Source: Perkinsus olseni
Lineage: Eukaryota
DNA length: 34,599 nt
Direction of reading: 5' to 3'
Assembly: GCA_013115125.1 (NCBI GenBank)
Contig: JABANN010000372.1
Span: 1 to 34,599, forward strand
In this document: positions 1 to 11,152 of the stretch, one piece after another
Position numbering within the stretch: position 1 is the stretch's first letter
Layout of the letters: every line of letters starts with the position of its first letter
Program-made: the position numbers and the translations under genes
The notes under the pieces: model-generated
What the model was told of the DNA's origin: nothing
What the model saw: the letters and a program-made list of their open reading frames with translations, nothing else
The model's database searches: none

Positions 1-929
1 GGCGGCGATAGACGAATGCCGTATCCTCACCCAAGGTGTTCTGCAGGTTGTAGTCCTTCCCGAAATGGGTTGCTACGGTAAAGTCGAGTGTACAGCGACG
101 GAACCACTGGTGGGGAACCCAATCCTCAATGACACCGGACGAGTCTGCGAGAGTGGCGACAATGTTCACCTGAATGGAAGCACTCGGAACGATGTGCCCA
201 TGCCCGATGACATACCATTCTCTTGGCCATCTGGGTCATAGTGGGGACCATACTATCCGCACTGGACTCGGACAGAGCGGGCTCTGCAGCCTTCCTGTTG
301 AGCCTCCAGTGGTCACCCTCGCTTAGGAATACACCAGACCTCGGTAAGAGGTTTAGCGCATTGAACTGACGCATGTGGTAGCCCTTGACACGATCCTTCA
401 TCAACTGCCTGATAGTCTCTGGTTTCTGGGTGACGACGTACGGGGTCGAGAAAACACTGAAGACGACAGGACGGGCTGGCGGAGAAATACGAGGAACCAC
501 AACTCACAGGTCCCGTTACAATAGTCTTTCGATGCACGACATTCAGGCAAGGACTCCAAGGAGAAATCATAGAATCACATCCGTTTATCACCGGAACGGC
601 ACGAGGGCCACGAGCTGATGATGCCTCACCGAAAACCGATAGTCTTGCCATACTGCTTATTCCAGACTCGCATGCAGGCCAGGGCTTTCGTCTGGTCGAG
701 TTGAAGGGCCATGCCGAAAAAGGGAACTCCCTGAACGAGCCGTCACTAGCAGTGACCTAAGTGATCCGATGAGGGAGCTCACCTTGGGCCCGGGGAACGG
801 CACTGGTTTGATAGACTTGATGAAGGTATGGATGAGCTTTGCCACACACATGCTGACGAGGAGTACCGCACCTCCTCCAACGGCTCTTGGAGCATAACGA
901 CGGACGATGCTGAGAATCTCTGGGTCCAT
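1..929 (-). CDS. Cytochrome P450, N-terminal part (multi-exon, runs off the left end of the window)
   Basis: N-terminal membrane anchor followed by the Pro-rich hinge PVPFPGPK, then YGKTIGF/VFSTPYVVTQKPETIRQLM, C-helix GVFLSEGDHWRLNRK (WxxxR) and E-helix-like TLDFTVATHFG near 40-100. The start could instead be the ATG at 953. The heme Cys motif lies outside the window. Confidence 0.85.
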
Positions 930-1349
930 CCCGGCAGAGAGGGCAGAGAGCATGACGGGGATGGGGACGGGGTAGAAAAAATCCCAAAAACCCACGACTA
1001 GAGATGAACGAAATCAACTCTGGAAACTGAGAAATGTGATACGAGAGGAGCCTGAGAGCACTCATAGCGAAGTACCGTAGTCATAGCGTCCTCCGACTCA
1101 ACTTGAGGGCAAGAGGTAGGATACAGGGCACTCGACTGGAGACCAGGGAGAGCCGCTTTAGCGAACAGACGTCCCGACTCGTGACACGGGCGAGTCAGAC
1201 GATAAGCGTCTGGTAGGAGGATCTGTCCGCCCCTACTGGTCAGTTTGTTAGCTGCGATAGCTTGTAGATTCAGCGCACGACTTGTGGTAGGAGACTCTGC
1301 CCGCTCCTGTTGGCCAGTGTTCTAGCCGCGAGATATCGATTGTGCGCTA

Positions 1350-1695
1350 TATGTAAATCGACTCCGTTCGGCCTTACTCGCTGCTTTTAATTTTTTGACT
1401 GTGCGGCCCCGCGCGTGCGAAGTAGACAGATAGACAGTATTTGGCGGGCGCGAGAGTATGTGTATGCGTCAAAGGCTCGATTGCATTTAGAGTCTTTCGT
1501 AAATTCTTTTGTGAATTGTCGTTGGCCAGTCCGCCAACTCGTCAGCATCAGCTCAGCTATTATCTGATATCGGTATTGCCTTCGGGATTGTGTTACCAAA
1601 GTCACTGGCATCCACTACCTATAGTATCATTGATACTGTATCAATCGACGACTCGATCACGACGTTGAAGATATCCGCTCACAGACTGTATACGC
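1350..1695. repeat. Diverged repeat, copy A (probably decayed coding sequence)
   Basis: Colinear blocks shared with 1845-2200, e.g. GACAGTATT..GTATGTGTATGCGTCAAAGG, ATATCGGTAT..GGGATTGT and ACTACCTATAGTAT. Ends are approximate. Confidence 0.8.
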
Positions 1696-1844
1696 GTGCA
1701 CCATCTAGCTAATCTGCCTGTCGTCGTTTACCCTTGGCCGCGACAGTTCCCATAATGGGAATCCCATTTCTCTGTAATGAAACATGACATCCCGTCCTGA
1801 TCACGCTGAGGTGCTCCCACCTAGATCGACCGCTCTCTATTTTG

Positions 1845-2200
1845 ATGTGTGAAAATTGGCCCTGTTCGGCCATTATATGCTACCTTTGATTGTTAATTGT
1901 GCGGTCCTGCTTGTGCGGAGTGGACAGTATTCGGCGCGAGACTCTGGCTGGTATGTGTATGCGTCAAAGGATCGATTACCTTTTGAGGATTCTTACTAGG
2001 ATCCTGTCAGCATTGTGGGCCGAAGTTCGAGTATAACCTTATATCGGTATCTGCCTTTGGGATTGTATTGCCAGAGCCACTAGGGTCGACTACCTATAGT
2101 ATTTATCCACGATCCGATCAGGACTTCGAGTACACCCTCCCACAGACTCTTAGCATATCCGACTTCTCGTCACCTGCGGTGTCACCTGAACGAGTACACT
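1845..2200. repeat. Diverged repeat, copy B
   Basis: Aligns with copy A. Its 3' part (2131-2197) matches 34529-34595 at 54/67 positions ungapped, counted by hand. Confidence 0.8.
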
Positions 2201-2308
2201 ACGGTAGCCCAGAGAGTTGAGCTCTTATGCTCCGCAGGATATAACCCCAAAGTTGCAGGTCCTAACCCTTCATAGCAGGTGAGAACTCGAAAAGTCGTTA
2301 AATATTTT

Positions 2309-2335
2309 CTCCGCAGATTCTTAGCATACACGGCT
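2309..2335. repeat. Short partial copy of the repeat core
   Basis: CCGCAGATTCTTAGCATACACGG resembles CCACAGACTCTTAGCATATCCG (about 2140) and CCACAAATTCTTAGCATATCCGG (about 34538). Confidence 0.5.
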
Positions 2336-2945
2336 TAAAATCCGCCCTCAAAATGCCAACTTTCACTGGTGGAAGCATACTTATAACTTCCCAACTGATC
2401 TAATCCGATACATCACTGGAAAAAGCGTCTTTCAGAAAGCTATCCCTCCATGTTTCATCCCAACATTTGAGCGTTTGACATGCATTCGGCACCATCCAAC
2501 CCAAGCCAAGCATTCGGGCATCCTCTTACGCTAAGATCGCCTACTTTTATCGTCCTAATGCAGCCCCGCCTGCAGGTACACACGATCAAGTCTGGAGGTA
2601 AGGGATCCTAGAACCGCTGAAAGGACTCCACAAGTGACCGTGATACATTCAATTTGAATGACTCAAACACAGTTCCATCTTGATATCTCCTTGCATGACA
2701 GGCTGCCCCCTAAAAATTGCCGCCGGCCATCATAAGACTGGTGTGTCTTCCATGCGGTGGTGTTATTATTCTCTACTGCATTCAATCGATACACGGGGAA
2801 TACACTAATTTCAAAAGCAGTGGTACGACAGTAGTAGCAGACGACCACAACAAGAGTACGTAAAAAAGTGCAGAAGGATGATACTGTACCATGACACAAC
2901 CGTCTCCTTCACTGCCACTATTACATAGACCTCCGAGCACTGAGT

Positions 2946-4586
2946 TCAGACCTCGATCTCCGAGTTCAGCCCCGAGTCCTCCGAAGTGTCCTGTCGCAGA
3001 ACCATAAGAATCTTAGCATCTTTACGACGGTGCTCATTCTCAAGACTGTAGGTTATACCGGCCCGGACGATGAAGGAGTCACCAGTACCAAGAGGCCTCT
3101 CTTTGTTTTCATACCGCAGCATCACAGGGTGCTCATCCACGAGCTCATCTCCACCGTCGCCGCACTCCAAGACTACGAGGAATGCCGACTTGCCTTCTGA
3201 CACCGTCTCCGGTAGCTTCTGTTGGAAAGGTAAAAGCTGGAAGATGACCGGCATGTAGTGTTGTGAGTCTAATTGAACCACACACTTGAAAGTGCCAAAA
3301 GTCTTCAACATCCGATCTTCAGAATACCCAACAAGCTTGTGATGAGCGGGTATTTCGCTGTCAGTACCATCACTTCGCCAAGCCTCATCTCCGGGGAAGT
3401 AGTACGCGCAGCTAGGACCACCTTCGCGACGGGCATGAGCCACCACTTGCATCACTTCGCTTGCTTCTGCATCCTTCCTGGTATCACCTGACACGGCCCT
3501 CAGTGACCAGAAGCCCCATCACCGTCATCTTACGAGATTTCTTCCCGGGTCGTTTAACTTCGTCGGCTTTCTTCGATGCCTTTGCAGCCACAACCTTTTG
3601 AGCCCCCTTCTTTGCATTAATCACCCCAGTCTTCTTCCTCGCTGCTCGGGACTTCGCTTTAGGTTGGGGCTGCCTTGCCCGTGACGATGCTTTCTTCTTC
3701 CCCCGCTTCTCCCCAGCACCAGCAGACCCCTTCTTCCGCCCCGGAGCGGGCGATTTGTCTGACCCCTGTCCCGAGAGCTCGTCAGCCAGTGGAAGCCTCA
3801 CCGGTGACGCAGCTGAAAAGTTTAAACTCGCTACCAGTAATACACGCTCGCACAGACCGACACTCACTCTCGTTGGGGTCGTAGCTCTCTTGACTGGCTC
3901 TATTCCTCCGTGAGCGTTCTCTGGCCGACAAACGGTCATTCGACGATCGCCTGCTTTGACTACTGCTGCCTAAGGACCGATAGCTCATCAACGCTGGTCA
4001 TCAAAACTGCCGTTACCCTGCCCGTCCTTAGCATGCTTATGTCTGGCTAGAACCCCTATCATGAGGTCATTACCACTCTTCGTTCGTTTGTATATGACCC
4101 TTTCGCCCTTCATAACGTCTAGAGGAGGTCTCCTTGTAGACCTTGGAGCACCCCTGCCGTACTTGGGATCGCCCTGATAGGATTCAATTCCAGCTGCTCA
4201 TGCGCGTGGAGTTTTAAGGAAGGCGGCTTACTACTACAAATTCTTCCTCGAGTGTCCCGTCGCTGCTCTCCGGGTCCCGATTTCTCCTACTCCGTGTCTT
4301 CCTTCGGCTCGGCGCAGGCACTGGCGACCTCAATTCTGGTCCAACTTGCAGCTACCCCAGAGAGGAGTATTGATCCCTGGCCAGCCAACCGCCGACCCAC
4401 CGAGGTGTCCACCATTTTGTTCCGCTCCTGTCTACGCTGCCGGCTGCCTCCAAAAGATATCGTCTCCGAGGGCCGATGACTGTGGTGTTGCTGCACCTCA
4501 TGATGCGGCGGTATGTCGGAAACGGAATCCTCCTCGTGCTGCTGGTCTCCATTCATATCAACAGCGAAATCAGGCTCATCGGGCAT
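2946..4586 (-). CDS. CENPC: Centromere protein C (CENP-C/Mif2)-like, multi-exon
   Basis: Acidic disordered N-terminus (MPDEPDFAVDMNG), CENP-C-motif-like RSTRRPPLDVMKGERVIY at 4090-4143, Lys/Arg-rich linker, and a C-terminal cupin resembling Mif2 (LGTGDSFIVRAGITYSLENEHRRKDAKILMV). The start codon is uncertain. Confidence 0.75.
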
Positions 4587-4630
4587 GGCGTCGAACGAGG
4601 GATCATCGAAGGACAAGTGTCTACACCGGA

Positions 4631-4732
4631 CCGGAAGGCACAGGAAGTGAGTGCAAAGCGCTCAAGCTACGACCAAGTTGGTCGTAGGTTATCGCATTAT
4701 CAGTTGGTCGGACCAACTGATAGCCGGAAGGC
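4631..4732. promoter_or_regulatory. Twin perfect palindromes flanked by a 9-bp direct repeat
   Basis: CTACGACCAA-G-TTGGTCGTAG (4667-4687) and TATCAGTTGGTC-G-GACCAACTGATA (4698-4722), with CCGGAAGGC at 4631 and 4724. The structure is seen directly. A regulatory role is inferred only. Confidence 0.55.
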
Positions 4733-4749
4733 CACTCACGATCAGCACT

Positions 4750-7701
4750 TCAAAGGTTGCTATGATGCATGGCGGAATGATCACCTGGCTGTTTCATTAG
4801 AATCTTCAAAAGATCCTCCCCTGGGTATACGATGCCCACCCACCGGACCTGTCCCTCGCACGGATCAACGTACGGATCTCACCAAGCAGCTATCTACCTG
4901 TCCGGAGCAGTTCAGCCGGATCGGCCCTCCCCGCAGCTTCAGAATATCGCCGACGCTCTGTTCTCTCTATCTCCCGAGCCTCGAGATCTGCCAACGAAAG
5001 AGAAGTGTTGATACTGTAACCTCCTCGGCCTGAACAGTTCCACCTAGCCAGCACCAGCCGTCATTAAGACCCTCTTCTACAAGTAAGGCTATTATCGCTA
5101 TTGGACATTGATTCGGAGTCTGGATTGATTCTCACCTTCTGCTGCTGCTGGATCGTCGTAGGTCGCCTCGTGATCATCTTGTGGGTTGAGCTCCCAGTCA
5201 TCCATCGAACTCGCGCTCCCTCCTCGACGAGGAACACCCTGAAGACCGGTTAAACGAACCGGGCAAGGGTCTACCCGACTACCGATAGGCATACCGAGTG
5301 GAAGAGTACCCCTCTAAGGAAGGTTGAAAAGCAAGCCTACAATTTCCCCTTTCCTGCGCCCTTCTCTGTGGCCACGGTCTGGGTGCCTATCATGATGATG
5401 AAGATGCCGCTCTGGGCGTCTTCGCTCATGATGGTCCGCGACTTGTGTAGCCGCCGCTTCTGCCTCCTCCACGAGTGATTGGAAAGCACTCTGCCCCAAA
5501 GACATAGCAGGAGAGCATCTACTCATCTCCTACATCTGTACTCATTTGCGAGCTCTGATGGTGTTCCTGCTCCTGCGGTCGAGGCGGCTTGTACGACTCA
5601 GCAGTCTTGGCCTTCTCTCGCCGAGCCCTCCCCGCCTTCCTCATGCGCTCAGGGGCGTGGATATCTTCCGGCCGAGCCGGCCTGAAGGTATGCAGGTCGG
5701 GCTCACCCCGCGCACCTCAGCGGCACCTTGGGGGGACCACTCCAGGCCAGGGACCGATGTGCTGGCACACACCCTCCGCTGACCGCCGGTCTCCTCTCCT
5801 GTCATCCTCAGTCGGCCTGCATAGGCATACCCAGCAAAGCAGGGGTGGATGAACCCTACGAGCTGTTCCGAGGCCTCTTCCTTCCCCTGCCTGCCGCTGT
5901 CGCCAAGTCCAAGGGAGCATCCGTTCCCACTTCTCCCTCCCAGTCTGTGTTGCAGGCCGAATCTTTCAATTCAGCTAAAAAGAAGCATAAGCGTAGAAAG
6001 CTATAGCCATTGCCCAGCTATCTTGGGGTAGGCATCGGCAAGACGCAGAAGAAGAAGGAAGGCCGTAGGAGTTGAACAATTTCCAGTGTCTATCACAATC
6101 CGAACCCTATACGAAGCCAAGAAGAAGACAGGAAATGAGCTCACCTCGATCACGTTGTTTATGAGCGTTTCCTCTGTCCTTGAGTGAACAGTGCTCACAG
6201 CACGGTGGAATCATACCACCGTTTTTACACGGACAGGCTTCACAGCATAGAGCATGAACATTGCGTACGTCAGTATTTCCCACGCCTCTACTCAGCAGGA
6301 GCGGCCGCATTGGACGACCGGGGCCGCCTGTCGATGACCTCCTCGCCAGCTGAGGCGATGCTTTGGACTGCTGGAAGGTGCTAAGAGAGGCCGAAGACTT
6401 GCTCGCCGAGGACGAGGTTTTCAGACGCAGTCCTGTGGGGGTGTCCGAGCCCTACCCGAAAGCGGCTGTCTGGTCGAGTTGAGACTGACGATGATGGTAA
6501 CTCTCAGCGCTGTTATTTACCCTCCAATTGTTCTCCTTATCCTCATAACTCTCGGCCTGTTAGTGAAGCAGAGGGATGATCCACGCTGAGCGTTCTTAGT
6601 GCACCTACCTGATGATCATCTGCTATCCTACCATCCGCCGACAATGACCTTCTGCTGCAGCGGTTCCTGAAAAGCGGAGTCACCACCACGAGTGATAACA
6701 GTGACTGGCCAGGAATACCGGAGGGATACCCTTCCCGTTGACACCTATGCTGCACACGTCTTACTTCCACGTGAGAGAAGCAAGACGAAGAATGCGTAAC
6801 CATCCACTCACCTGGCGAGGAAGTTATCGATCGTGCTGCGTCGTTGAGGAGAGATCGTCTTGAAGCTATTGCTGTTTCGGCGTGCTGCCACGGCCCGCTC
6901 TTCTGGGGACCTGGCCTCGGCATCCATACCGAATCTACTTCCACCCTGAACGACAGCGAAGACGATTCCCTCCTCGCCGCAGTGTATCCACGTCACTACG
7001 AAGGAAGGAGCGTCCCTCTGTGCTTGAGGGTGCTGAGCCTCTTCCTCGTGTATGACGTTCAAGGGTGGCCCTGCCGGGGCCCGGACACTCTGTTGGTGGC
7101 CTCGAGGTATGGCAGCAGCCTCCATCTGTCGAGCAACTCAACACACCGCCCTTCCTTGTGATGGTCTCACTCCTCTTGGCAGTGGCGTTGAGAATCCGCC
7201 TGTCGATGGTTGCCTCTGGTAATGACTTCCCACACTTGACGGAGTGAATGGGGGGAACCGGGACTGAGCCAGAGATCTTTGTCGCGCCGCCCATCCGACG
7301 AACGTTTACCATCAACTCCTTGCGCTCCTCGCTGAGCCTAGCCAGCACCTCGTTCGTCCTCTTCCTCGCTGCTTCGGGAACGAGAGGTGTAGTGGGCGGG
7401 TGGGACATGGCATGGCGAAACCGCCTGAGAGGCCGACAATACCAACTCCACCGAGCAAAGAGCTGGCAGTACACCCAAGCCGGATTGTCGTCATAGTTGG
7501 GGCCTGGTGGTAGCGCGAATCCACCGGGGAAACCGGCCGCCCAAGCATAAGGAGGGTAGATTCTGAATGACGAAAGGGCCCAATAATCAACCCGATGATG
7601 CAGGCCTACTCATCCTGGCTAGGATAGGGCATCCCTTGAGGGGGTGGAGGGAAGGGCGAAGACGACCCAAGTACGTGGGGGAATTGATTTTGGTTGGCCA
7701 T
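4750..7701 (-). CDS. Hypothetical multi-exon protein(s) with a Pro-rich N-terminus and probable membrane segments near 6000-6290; may be two genes
   Basis: Protein-like exons bounded by GT-AG: MANQNQFPHVLGSSSPFPPPPQGMPYP, RKRTNEVLARLSEERKELMVNVRR, EAWEILTYAMFMLYAV, SMDDWELNPQDDHE, DLEAREIERTERRRYSE. No family recognised. Confidence 0.45.
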
Positions 7702-8132
7702 GGTAGACTAGCAGACAAGGTGGCCGACAATGTACAACTAATACTACTGGAGCGATGATGAGTTAAGTTGGTCAGAGCGTGACAGCCTCTGACAGAGACC
7801 CTCTGTAGATCATCAGAAGTAGCAAACTGCTGCTGGCGGTTATATCACTCCCTTAGATGATGCTTCACGCTAACGGAATACGGTCCTTCTGCCGCTATAA
7901 CCGGACAGGAACAAGAACGCCGGATCAACTGTCGAGAAAAGGAGGATACACCTGAACGCACACCCATCAAATGCGGAGGCCGCGAGGTTACAGAGAACTG
8001 GCGGAGCCAACAACAAGACGGCAGTGAAATCAGGGCCATCCCCAGCACGGAGCCTCAACTACGAATTGAAATACTCGATGCACAACATCGGTATCAGATG
8101 ACACTGTAGACGACGGCATGAGAGCGATACTG

Positions 8133-10219
8133 TTACAGCTCCTCCTCCTCCTCCTCCTCCTCCTTCTTGCCGTCCGCTCTATTCTGAAGCACGGCATCCT
8201 TTCCTGCCACCGTCCCATCTCTATACTCAGCTGGGATCTCCTCGAACATAGTTCCTGAGTACAAGTGAGTCACCCTACCAGTCGATGATGGCAGAACCAG
8301 AGAGACTCGGCCGCCCTACTTTTGTGTCCTCGGTAGTGCTGTGGTGTCATGTCCGGATGCATGAGACGGACCAGGAGGATAATGCGCTCCTCCTTACCTG
8401 AGCAGCAGAGGTAGTAGACCCCTCCAGCACTACTAGGCCTACACTTAGTGGTATCAACACCGTGGTCAGTAGAGCCATCCCACACTAAAGTCTTGCCGTT
8501 CTCCCAAGTGTACTGCGTATAATTCACAGTGAGTACTGCGCCCTCAGGGACAATGATGCCGAAATGCATGTTCAACACCTACGAAAGGCTGGTGCTTAGC
8601 ACGGACGCTGCTGGAGAGGAGTCACGTTATTGCTGGGGCCATTATGAGTCTCCACGGTAGTTCCAGGATCCATTCGGATGACCATCACCTGCTCGTTCTG
8701 GTTGACAACCCACGGCAGGCCGGGCTTAGTCGGGAGATACCTGTCAGACCGGCGACCCCCGATTCGATCTTGAGCACCGCCATCAACCCTCACTTCTTCA
8801 CTAGCCCACAAAGAGTGGGCATCGCCGTACACTGAGGCTCAATTATCTCGCGGGCATGGTAGATGGGCAGGTGCTTCCACGTACCTGTTCTGCAATACCG
8901 GAAAAGGTTCACTTTGAGGTGTGCCTTCTACGACGCAACAATCATAACCAGTGATCCACAGCCTAGCAATGCTCAGCCGTTAGCCGCAAAAAGACATCAT
9001 CGATGTAAATGCCTTGCACTCCACCACGACAAAGGCGTCAATCACTGACCTCACAGTCTCACCATTCTTGTAGAGGAATCTGTAGGTATCTTCCCACAGC
9101 TCATCCTTCCTCATAGCTTCCTTCGTTTCCGCCACTATAGCTTTATAGTTTTGCTCCAGCGCTACACCTATACGCAGCTCACTGATACTACTCGATGCGG
9201 TATCCAAGCTTGATACGAGGGAATGGCGTACCCAAGGGCCATTCATTGCTACCCTAGCTCGATCAAAGTCATATGCTCAGTAATCGCGCACTCACCAATC
9301 GGCAATGCTTCCTCCCACTCTTCTCGCGGCCAAATCTCATGAGCTCGGAGGTTGGGTATATGAATTTGGGGCGTGCGCTGCAGATGAAGGTAGACAGAGT
9401 AATCTTGTTCGTCGATGAAACTCACATAAATATCCTCCCATCCCACTGGGTTCAGCATCCCCTTGTACGTGAATTCCTTAATTTGACGGAAATACTGTCG
9501 AGCCTCTGCCCACCATCCATAGTTCTTGTACTTCAGCATCGCCACCTTGCCTGAGACAAACTGACCTGCCCGCAAACTCGATCCCCTGGTTCTCACTGTA
9601 GAGCGGGAAGCATCGGCAATCCAGGCTGTCCTTGGTGTCGAACTCCCTCAGGCAGTGGGGATGGTTGGTCAGCTTTCTGGCCGCCTCAATACCAACTCTT
9701 ACGATACTCGAGCTGTTATCAAACACCTTGACGAGAGCGTGATACGCTCAAACCCAACGACAGATGCCGGACCTTGACGATGGTATCCATGTCCAATAGA
9801 ACATGGGTTAGATTACGAAGAGTGTGGAAGTCGTTAGCATCTGCCACTGCCTTCGCTGCGCATCTCACAACCGCGTCTTCGCCTGTTGAACGAGCCTTCA
9901 TTCCATGCTCAGTGTGGTTCGAGTACCACACCTTGCGCTCCTTGCGTTTCCCTATAGAACCTCATTTCCTCCAGGCATGGGTAGTTATGAGGATTGTCCT
10001 TGCAATGGAGCTCGTCCATAGTGAAGAGACTACCAAATGCCGCAGGAACTCCAACTGGAGAGGACCCTGACAACAGCAGCCATCGAAAGTCCTGCACAGG
10101 GCCGCCCAGTCATACCGGCGTGACACAACGTGAGTGTAACAAGTATGGCAAGGAGAGCGGATGATGACGAATGCATTACTGTCGACTGTAACTGCGAGAA
10201 GTAGGTAGCCAGATCCCAT
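8133..10219 (-). CDS. Aspartyl/asparaginyl beta-hydroxylase (AspH)-family 2OG-Fe(II) dioxygenase, multi-exon
   Basis: Spliced C-terminal domain PGTTVETHNGPSNN|VLNMHFGIIVPEGAVLTV...WENGKTLVWDGSTDHGV...ERIILLVRLMHPD matches the AspH pattern (PGxxxxxHxGP, HLGLxVP, WxEGK, DDSFEH, RxxLxVDxxHP). Hydrophobic N-terminus. The last exon ends KKEEEEEEEEL*. Confidence 0.8.
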
Positions 10220-10402
10220 AACAAATTCTACAATATCGAACCTGGCGGGTTCTCACTACCATCCCTGTAACAACACGGCACCGGCAAGCATACAAAGCAG
10301 GTCATCAGCACAATCGTCTTCTCCGCTCCCTCTGCTCCAAGTGTCTCAAGAAAAAGGAAACGATGGTAGTGGTAGTAATTGCTTCCACGGCAGTTGTTGC
10401 AA

Positions 10403-11152
10403 CTACTCTGCGTGTTTGATAACTTGGTTCAGGAGATTCGTACCTGTTGGGCGCATCCTGGGCAGGCTAATTCCCTAATATGGCGAGTAGCAAGGTTCGA
10501 TCCGCGGCCTTATCATCTCCACAAAACGACCAAACCGACCACCAAACGCTACTACCTAGCTGCGCCTTCACTTTATCCCACTCAGTCTCTTTAGCAGCAG
10601 ATTGCACCTCCGACAGCAACTGGGTCGCTCTATCCTTATCTAATGCTTCCTTGGGCACCTGAGCAGCATCCTTTTAAAACGCATGGACAGGCACATCGAG
10701 TACTACCAGTTCCACACCGGAAATCTCAGCGCGGCAGCACCCAGAGCCGTCTGCGGGCTGGTTGAAGAAAATAAAGCCATCGGATATAAAGAAATCCTTG
10801 TGCTCAGTACCGTCACGCACGGTGATTACACCTAACACCGTGCTCGGTGGTACGCATTCGGCCGGGTAACCCACTGTCGATACTTACCTGGGGACAGCTG
10901 AGATATCACTAGAGAGTGATTGTTAGTGATGGTGAAGGTCCCCTCAGTACCGGGTACTGTAACGCTGTCAATCTGTGATTAGCAATAGGTGAGAGATCGA
11001 TGATGCAGCCAGCTGTAGATTACCGGCTTGAGGTAGAAGATATTTTCCCTAGGAGATCCCATTGTGAGCAGCAGCCGGTTGGTGATACCTGCTGGCGTCT
11101 TGGCGCTCTGTAGGAGGCCGGCGCGTAGAAAACGGGAGACGCGAAGAGACAT
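10403..11152 (-). CDS. ATP16: Mitochondrial F1 ATP synthase delta subunit, multi-exon
   Basis: Arg-rich transit-like start MSLRVSRFLRAG, then LLLTMGSPRENIF, SVTVPGTEGTFTITNNHSLVISQLSPG, VITVRDGTEHKDFFISDGF and a helical C-terminus ALDKDRATQLL...NLLNQVIKHAE*. This is the typical delta/epsilon fold pattern. Confidence 0.9.

Noticed and set aside
1073..1110. ACCGTAGTCAT resembling the start of the dinoflagellate/perkinsid spliced leader (ACCGTAGCCAT...)
   Set aside because: Only 10 of 11 bases match, the GGCTCAAG end is absent, and it is antisense to the adjacent P450.
1350..2335. Repeats considered as a CRISPR array or an LTR pair
   Set aside because: No short identical repeats with regular spacers. 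The copies are highly diverged, lack TG..CA ends and enclose no gag/pol.
4476..5033. 185-aa plus-strand ORF, and similar ones such as 25864-26382 and 7248-7496
   Set aside because: These are antisense shadows of minus-strand exons with no recognisable domains.
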